From Azolla caroliniana (lineage: Eukaryota; Plantae; Polypodiophyta), in NCBI GenBank assembly GCA_043228905.1, contig JBHGNT010000003.1, positions 372,001 to 436,000 of the forward strand: 64,000 nt of DNA. Direction: 5' to 3'. Below are positions 56,787 through 64,000 of the stretch, piece by piece. The notes under the pieces were generated by a model. The model was not told the origin of the DNA. It did not search any database and was given only the letters and a program-made list of their open reading frames with translations. The position numbers and the translations under genes are program-made. Within the stretch, counting starts at the first letter, position 1. Each line of letters starts with the position of its first letter.

Positions 56787-59700
56787 TGTTCTCTGTTTTA
56801 CGCTTCCGCAAACACTCACGTTTTCATGGTATCAGAGCGCGAGGGTTGAGAACCTTTGCTGCAGACATTTACTCTTGAGAAGAAAACCCTAACAGGTCGA
56901 AAACAGACACAGTAGAAGACATGGATAGAGGCATGGCTACGTCACTCCCGGTGGAGAAGCTCGACAGGAGCAACTACGCATCCTGGTCTTACAAGATGCA
57001 CCAGTACCTGCTTGGACACGGGTACTGGAGTTATGTCGAAGTAGCGAATGATGCGGCGCCAGACTCGGCACACAAGGACTTCCCGGTATGGGAACAGGCG
57101 GCAAGCAGGGTGATGTACTGCTTCGCGGCCAGTGTCGGCGATCAGCTACTCAGCCACATCCGTGACGCCAAGACACCGAAGGATGCTTGGGGGAACCTGA
57201 AAAAGGTTTTCACCGCAAGCACCACTGCCCGGAAGCTGCAACTCAGATAGGAGCTGAGCAATGTTCGACAGAAGAACATGTCCGTGGCAGACTACACGGG
57301 CCGGATAAAGGAGATCTGCGACTCGCTCGCCTCTATCAATGTTACCGTAGAGGAAGACAAGATGGTGCAGGTATGTCTCGGAGGCCTGGCGTCCAAGTTC
57401 AGAGCGTTCCGGACTGCGGTGTGTACAAGGGAGAATACCCCCTCATTCTTCGACTTACAGTCGATGCTCCTTGTAGAGGAGAACCACGCTGGTGAATCTA
57501 ACAGTGCATCCCCGGACAGCCGAATGCTGTACACGGGAACGGATCGGCTCCATGGGCATGGTGGAAGAGGTGGGTCGGCATGCAATGGAGGCGGCCGGCA
57601 AGAGCAGGAACCGAGGCACTATGAGCGTGCCGACAACAGTTCCGGGACTTCCACAAGCAGGGGGAGTCAAGGCGGTGCCGGAGGCCGGCAAGACAAATCC
57701 GCTACGGAATGCTGGTACTGTGGCAAAAAGGGCCACAGGGAAAGCGAGTGCTGGAGAAAGCGTGCCGATTCGGACAAATCCGGATCCGGCAAGACCGGTA
57801 AGGATGGCCGGCAAAACTGGCACTACGCAAACGGATCAGGAGGATCCGGAACCGGAAAGGCCGGTAAGGGGCCAGCCTTGGTGATGAATCACAAGGCAAA
57901 CTCAATGAAGAAGACCACTTCCAAAACGGAGGAAGTGTGGTATGTTGATTCCGGCGCGTCAAACCACATGACGAGCCACAAAGAGTGGTTCTCCTTTCTG
58001 GAGAAACCGGATCAACTAGGAGTAGTCGAAACCAGAGACGACACTCCTCACCCAATCGTGCACGTCGGAGAAGTCCCTCTAAGTCACGTCGGACAGAAAG
58101 GGAAGCTAATGAACGTATTACACGTTCCAACAATCACGAAGAACCTAGTGTCCGTCGGTCAGATTGTCGACCAGGAGATGGAGGTGCGGTTTACGCACCT
58201 CGGGTGCTTCATTGAGGATGAGGGTGAAGTCATTGCGCAAGGGCGTAGAGATGGGAGGATGTTTATCCTCAACACCAATGACTTTGGCACCGCTCTGTTC
58301 GCGGAACGACAAAAGGTCGAGTCGGACATCGACCTGTGGCACAAGCGGATAGGCCACGTCAACTACCAGAGGCTTCAAGACCTGCAAACAAAACAAGTCG
58401 TTTTCGGTTTGCCGAAGTTCAGCGGCCGGAGAGCCGAAATTTGTGAAGCCTGCCAACTTGGGAAGCAACACCGGCTTCCATTCCCCACCAAACGGAACCG
58501 GAGCCGTAACAAGCTCGATCTCATCCATTCGAATGTGTGGGGACCGGCACAAATTGTAAGCCTTGGCGGGAGCCGATACTTCGTCTCCTTCATCGATGAC
58601 TATACTTAACATACTTGGATCTACCTCATTGAGCAGAAGAGCGAAGTCTTCGACTGTTTCCGGAGCCTCTAGAAGATGGTGGAACAGGAATCGAAGAGGA
58701 AGATCAAATGCCTTCGGTCGGATGGCGGAAAGGAATATTTTTCCGGCCAATTCACTAGTTATCTGCAGCAGAAGGGAATTCGGCGAGAGTTCAGCTGCAG
58801 ATAAACACACCGGAGCAAAACAGTGTGGCCGAAAGGAAGAACCAGACACTCGTCGAAGCGGCAAGGGCAATGCTGGAGGAGAAGAGCATGCCCCGGTTCT
58901 ACTGGGCGGAGGCGGTCCAGACGGCCGTCTACATACAAAACCGCATTGGTGACAACGTGTCAGCTCATGAGCTGTATTTCGGGCGCAAGCCGAACTTAAG
59001 ACACCTTCGGATATTCGGCAGCATAGCGTATGTGCATGTGCCGGATCAGAAGCGGAGAAAGTTGGATGCAAAATCGGAAAAATGCATCCTAGTCGGCTAT
59101 GCTCAAGAGCAAAAGGGGTATAAGTGCTATAACCCCCGGACGAAGGAAGTCCGAGTTAGCCGGGATGTCAAGTTCGATGAATCGGCATCTTGGTACTCCG
59201 TACCGACTCTGACTTCCGCTCCCGACCGAATGCCAGAAGATCAGGCCAATGAGCCTGAATCAGCCCTGGTAGAGGATGGTGAAGCCGGGACTCAAGATGA
59301 GAGTCCGGAATCGTTTCGGTTGAGTGGACCGAACGAGCGACTGAGTCGGTTGGACCAGTCGGATGAAGAGACGGCAAGTGGTGGAGACTCTGCCGTGCTC
59401 TCCCCGCGCAAGGAACCGAGGAAACGGTTCACGCGCAAAGAGAAAGGCAAGAGGAAGATACCGGAATTCGAAACCGGCAATGATGAGTCGGATCGGTGCG
59501 TATCCGACTCCAGAAAGGAGAAAGGCGGATCTTCGGCAACGAAGACCAAACTGGCCAAGAAGGGCCTCAAATCAGGTGACGGTGCCTTGCGCCGATCAAC
59601 CCGCCAGAAGGATCCCGTCATACGGTACGGGTACAATGAATACATGGCGCATCATTATGCGTACATGACTAAGGTGACAGAAGTGCGTGAGCCGGAGAGC

Positions 59701-62276
59701 TACGCAGAAGCGGCAAAGGACGCAAATTGGCGTGCCGCTATGGACGAAGAAATGCGGGCGCTCGATGCCAACGAAACCTGGGACCTAGTTGATTCTCCCC
59801 GTCACTGTAAACCGATCGGATGCAAGTGGGTGTACAAGGTCAAGTACAACGCCGATGGTTTTGTTAACCGGTACAAAGCCCGGTTAGTGGTGAAGGGATA
59901 CGCGCAGACCCACGATCGACTACGACGAGACCTTCGCTCCTGTGGCGAAGATGACGACGATTCGTGTGGTACTGGCGGTTGCTGCGGCAAGGGGGTGGCA
60001 TCTTCACCAGATGGATGTGAAGAACGCCTTCCTTCAAGGAGAGCTTGAAGAAGAAGTCTTTATGACTCAGCCCCCCGGATTTCAATCGGAGATGAACAAA
60101 TCGGCGGTATGCCGACTGAAGAAGTCGCTTTACGGCTTGAAGCAAGCCCCCCAAGCTTGGAACGCGAAGATCACGCACCGGTTGCGTAAGCTGGGGTTTG
60201 TTGTCTCTAAGTCAGACTCTTCGTTGTTCATCCGGCAAGGCTCTGACGGTCCGATATGTATACTCCTGTATGTAGATGATTTAGTCATCACCGGACCGGG
60301 TCTTCCCGAAATCAACCGCGTCAAGTCCCAGTTGTCGAACGCATTCGAAATGAAGGACTTGGGGGACCTTCATTATTTTCTTGGGATCGAAGTGATCCGG
60401 ACCCCCGACGGCATATTGCTCTCAATACGACATTACGTGTTGAATATGTTGTATAAGTTCGGCATTACGGATTGTCGACCTGTCTCCACACCCTTGGATC
60501 GGAACCAAAAGCTCCAGACCGGCCTGCAATGAGAAACGGTTCCGACAGGTTGTGGGAAGCCTTATCTACTTAACCATCACCCGACCCGACATCAGCTATC
60601 CGGTCGGCGTGGTAAGTCAGTTCATGCAGAAGCCGACCGTGGAGCACCTTCAGTGCGCGCAACGCATATTACGGTATGTCAGCGGCACTAAGGACCGGGG
60701 ACTGCTATACCGGCGAGGTATACCCGAAGATCTTGTCGGTTACACCGATGCTGACTGTGCCGGTGATGCGTCTGATCGCCGCTCCACTTCCGGATATATG
60801 TTCTCCATAGGTAGTGCGGCCGTTGCGTGGAGCAGCAAGAAGCAGCCCACAGTGGCTTTGTCAAGCACTTAGGCTGAGTACCGGGCCGCTACCGTTGCCA
60901 CTTGTGAAGCCATCTGGCTTCGGCGACTGTTGCGAGACCTGCGGATCGAGGTGCCGACCCCGATCCCGATTTACTGCGATAACATGAGCAGCCTGCAGCT
61001 CGCCAGGAACCCTGTGTTCCATGCTCGCACAAAGCACATCGAGGTGCACTACCACTTCGTGCGTGAGCGGGTCCTAAGCGGTGAAGTTGACCTTCGGTAT
61101 GTTCATACGGATCGTCAAGTTTCCGACATCTTCACCAAGCCGCTCGGATCGGACAAGTTGCAGCACTTTACCGACATGCTTGGTATTCAGCATCTCGACG
61201 TGCCGCACTTGAGGGGGAGAAGCAAGGGCAAAGTCTTTACCGAAACTGGCAAAGGCAAAAAAATTGTTGAACCCGTCGGTAAGAGGAGAGCCGGAAGAAG
61301 AGGAGACAAGAAGATGAAGGAAGCCGAGTCGACGAAGGAAGTCGACACATCCGAACAGGTCGGAGCAAGCGGCCGTGAAGAAGAGTTGTGCACTCAGGAA
61401 GAGAAGTGCATGTTGTGCGGAGGTCATCACGACGGTACTGACCATGATGCGGAGTCGAATGGAGAATTCGATTTCGGTTCACCGGCTGAAGAAGCCGAGG
61501 GAAGCATGGAGAAGGCCAAGACTCGGAAGTGGTCCGATGTGGTGAGAGGCCTGAAGCCGGAAGTCGAATCGGAGTGTACCGATTCGGACAAGAGCTGGAA
61601 CGAGTCGGAGACAGCTGACTCGGATCAACAGATGGACCCAGATGAGTCGGATCGATTGAAGGCCAAGGGGACACGGACACGGCGGAAGTTGATGCCATCG
61701 TGGGAAAACCAATGGATCGGCAAGCGCCGGAGTCACAGCAACGTGACTGCTGAGATGGGTCTATTGAGCAGACATGCCGACCGAGAGGGTCGAGGCGTGC
61801 AGAACCAAAGGGGTCGCGGCCAACGGGACCGGACCGGACGAGGAGCGCGAGCAAGGCGGAGTGACGCCAGGAGAAGTCGGTTGAAAGAACCGACTGCCAC
61901 AGAGGTCGACACTACGACCCCACCTCAGGTTGAGCTTGAGGGGGAGTGTTGAGCGGCAAGCTCAACCGGAGCCGGATCGGCTGAATAAGCCGGAGCCGGT
62001 AAGCGAGACGGATCGGGCGAAACGGATCGGTATGACGGTGAGCAACCGAACCGGCAAGCAGTGGAGGCCGGGTGCAATCCGTAACCGGCAGTCCAATCGA
62101 AAGCCTAGAATAGGATAGACTACTAGGTATCTATAGTCTCGTAGTAAGTGTCAGATGCTCGTGTGAGCATTGAAATACATGGTACTTCTATCAGTCCCAA
62201 GAGGACTTGTATAAATAGTACTACTTAGCACAGTGTGCATGGACAGAGTCATTATATTATTTTGAAATTACGTTCT

Positions 62277-62332
<56 letters not shown>

Positions 62333-62371
62333 GTTCTCTATTTTACGCTTCCGCAAACACTCACGTTTTCA
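56462..62371 (+). mobile_element. Ty1/Copia family D, copy 2 (full length, decayed)
   Basis: TSD ggatg/ggatg; LTRs 56462-56826 and 61947-62371; PBS tggtatcagagc at 56827; PPT gagggggag at 61938. Confidence 0.96.
56921..61952 (+). pseudogene. Family D gag-pol with in-frame C-terminal extension
   Basis: ORFs 56921, 57278 (CWYCGKKGHRESEC, DSGAS), 58825, 59942 (YVDDL), 60552 and 60930 (SDIFTKPL plus ~245 further aa). Confidence 0.93.
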
Positions 62372-62376
62372 GGATG

Positions 62377-64000
62377 GCAGCAACTTCATACTCCCGGTCG
62401 GCGTCCAACTCCAGCGGGGGCGGCGGTGGTGTCACACGATCGGGAATGGTGTTTGCTTTATAAGGTTCAAGAAGAGAACAATGGAAAACCGGATGTATCT
62501 GAAGCTGCAGAGGGAGATCAAGGCGGAAGGTGACATCATTAATCTTACCCGTAATACGGAAGGGACCGAGTCGTCGATAATCCAGTTTGTCGCACGGTCG
62601 AGTAGTCTTGATGTGACGACGTAAGAGCCATACTCGATCTCCGATGGCAAAAGAGGAGGGAATCCGATGACGATCCGCATAAGTCTTCTGTGTGTGTTGA
62701 GCATGACGAAGGTGAGTAGAGAGATCCATCTAGATCTTGCGTAGCCTCTCCAAATGATCCTCGGCACGAGGGTTGGTAGGTAGCTCCGGAGTGTCGATCA
62801 CCGACCAGCGAGGATGGAAACCGGTATAAGCGAAAAATGGGGAGACCCAAGTCGAGGAGTGAATAGCATTATTATACGCAAACTCCGCAAAGTGGAGAAT
62901 CTCGGCCCAATCGTCCTGTTGATAACTCAGCAAACACCGGAGATATTGCTCCAACGTTTGGTTTGTTCGTTCCGCCTGCCCGTCGGTCTGAGGATGGTAG
63001 CCGGAGGAGAGGTTGCAGGAGACCTTGAGCATCTTGAAGAGATGCTGCCAAAATTTGGAGACAAATTGCGGGCCTCGATCACTGATAATACTGTCTGGGA
63101 GGCCATGATGCCGAAATACCTCACGCATAACAAGAGCGGCGGTTTCCTCGCTAGTGATGGCTTTAGTACACGGCACAAAATGTGCCATCTTCGTGTATCG
63201 ATCGACGACGGTTAGGATAGCATCGAACCCCTTCGAGACCGGCAGATCTGTGATAAAATCAAGACAAATAGACTGCCACAGCTTACTTGGAATCGGTAAG
63301 GGTTCCAACAAGTCATATGGATGGTGTCGTGGCATCTTTGCTCGGCAGCAAGCATCACAGGTCCAAACGTAGTCGTCGACAAAACGGCGCATGTGGGGCC
63401 ACCAAAAAGATCGTTGCATTAGCTCCAACGTCTTAGTACTACCGAAATGTCCCGCCGTATGGGTGTCATGACAATGTTGGACGATTTGAAGGCGACAGGA
63501 GCAATCGGGGACATATACGCGCTTTTTAAAGAATAACAAACCATCATGATATTCGAATTGTCGGTAGTCAATACCTGGTTGTTGAGACCGAGAACAGGAT
63601 GCCCGAGAAGTATCAATGTGCGCCAGGATGTCTTGAGCAAAACTATCCGTCTTCAAGGTTGCACATATGTCATCGGTAATCCGTGAATCCATCGGGGTGT
63701 GAAAAATCCGCGTCGTGTGCAATCGTGTTGGTCCCAAGATTACTTGCTTTTGATTATCAAATGTTGCGTCACAAGGACGAGGTGCAAGATATGAACGTCG
63801 TGATAGTGCATCTGCTTTTCCTTGCTGCTTCCCCGGTCGATATGTGATTTTGAAGTCGAAACGCGTGAGGAATTGCGCCCACCGAGCTTGCCATCGATTT
63901 AGTACGCGAGCGTTCTGAAAATAAGCAAGATTTTTATGATCGTTAAAGACAATGACCTGATGTGGAGAGCCCTCTAAGAAATGCTGCCATTGTACAAATG
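62377..64000 (-). pseudogene. Chromovirus RNaseH end and integrase
   Basis: ORFs 62730..63737(-) and 62361..62729(-), separated by one stop; RQARWAQFLTRFDF-like RNaseH tail at ~63850-63900. Confidence 0.92.

Larger units (their letters stand above)
55831..64000 (-). mobile_element. Chromovirus (Tcn1-like) Ty3/Gypsy, 3' half, interrupted by Copia D copy 2
   Basis: RNaseH end, integrase (HDTHTAGHFG, LDFITDLP, SDRGPQF, DGQAER) and GPF module; the chromodomain is split at ggatg; PPT at 56255-56267; LTR 55831-56254 (TGTCA...TGACA). Confidence 0.9.

Overview
This window is entirely a nest of plant-type transposable elements; I see no host gene. At least five LTR-retrotransposon families are stacked up to four deep. 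Family A: non-chromovirus Ty3/Gypsy with an extra ~920-codon ORF3, three decayed copies (692-6963, 7281-15453, 16694-28774 minus). Family B: Ty3/Gypsy with one intact, apparently very young copy (34770-41935) plus fragments and a solo LTR. Family C: Tnt1/Tork-like Ty1/Copia with one intact copy (29407-42046), one decayed full-length copy (46953-53512), a remnant and a solo LTR. Family D: a second Copia with a long in-frame C-terminal extension (17616-22170, 56462-62371, and a split minus-strand remnant). Family E: a chromodomain-bearing, Tcn1-like Gypsy (55831-64000 minus). There are also two hAT-type MITEs with 8-bp TSDs. The element mix suggests a non-seed land plant such as a fern, lycophyte or bryophyte (inference). 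Most notable observations: (1) family A has no PPT and instead carries a sense copy of its primer tRNA 3' end 2 nt before the 3' LTR, suggesting tRNA priming of both strands; (2) family B combines a tRNA-Trp PBS, a -1 frameshift after the protease, 4-bp ACGT-type target sites and a covarying 3' hairpin; (3) a Gag capsid swap within family C; (4) tRNA-like Pol III boxes in the chromovirus LTR; (5) a templated filler insertion whose donor lies in this window. All coordinates and identities were read by eye.
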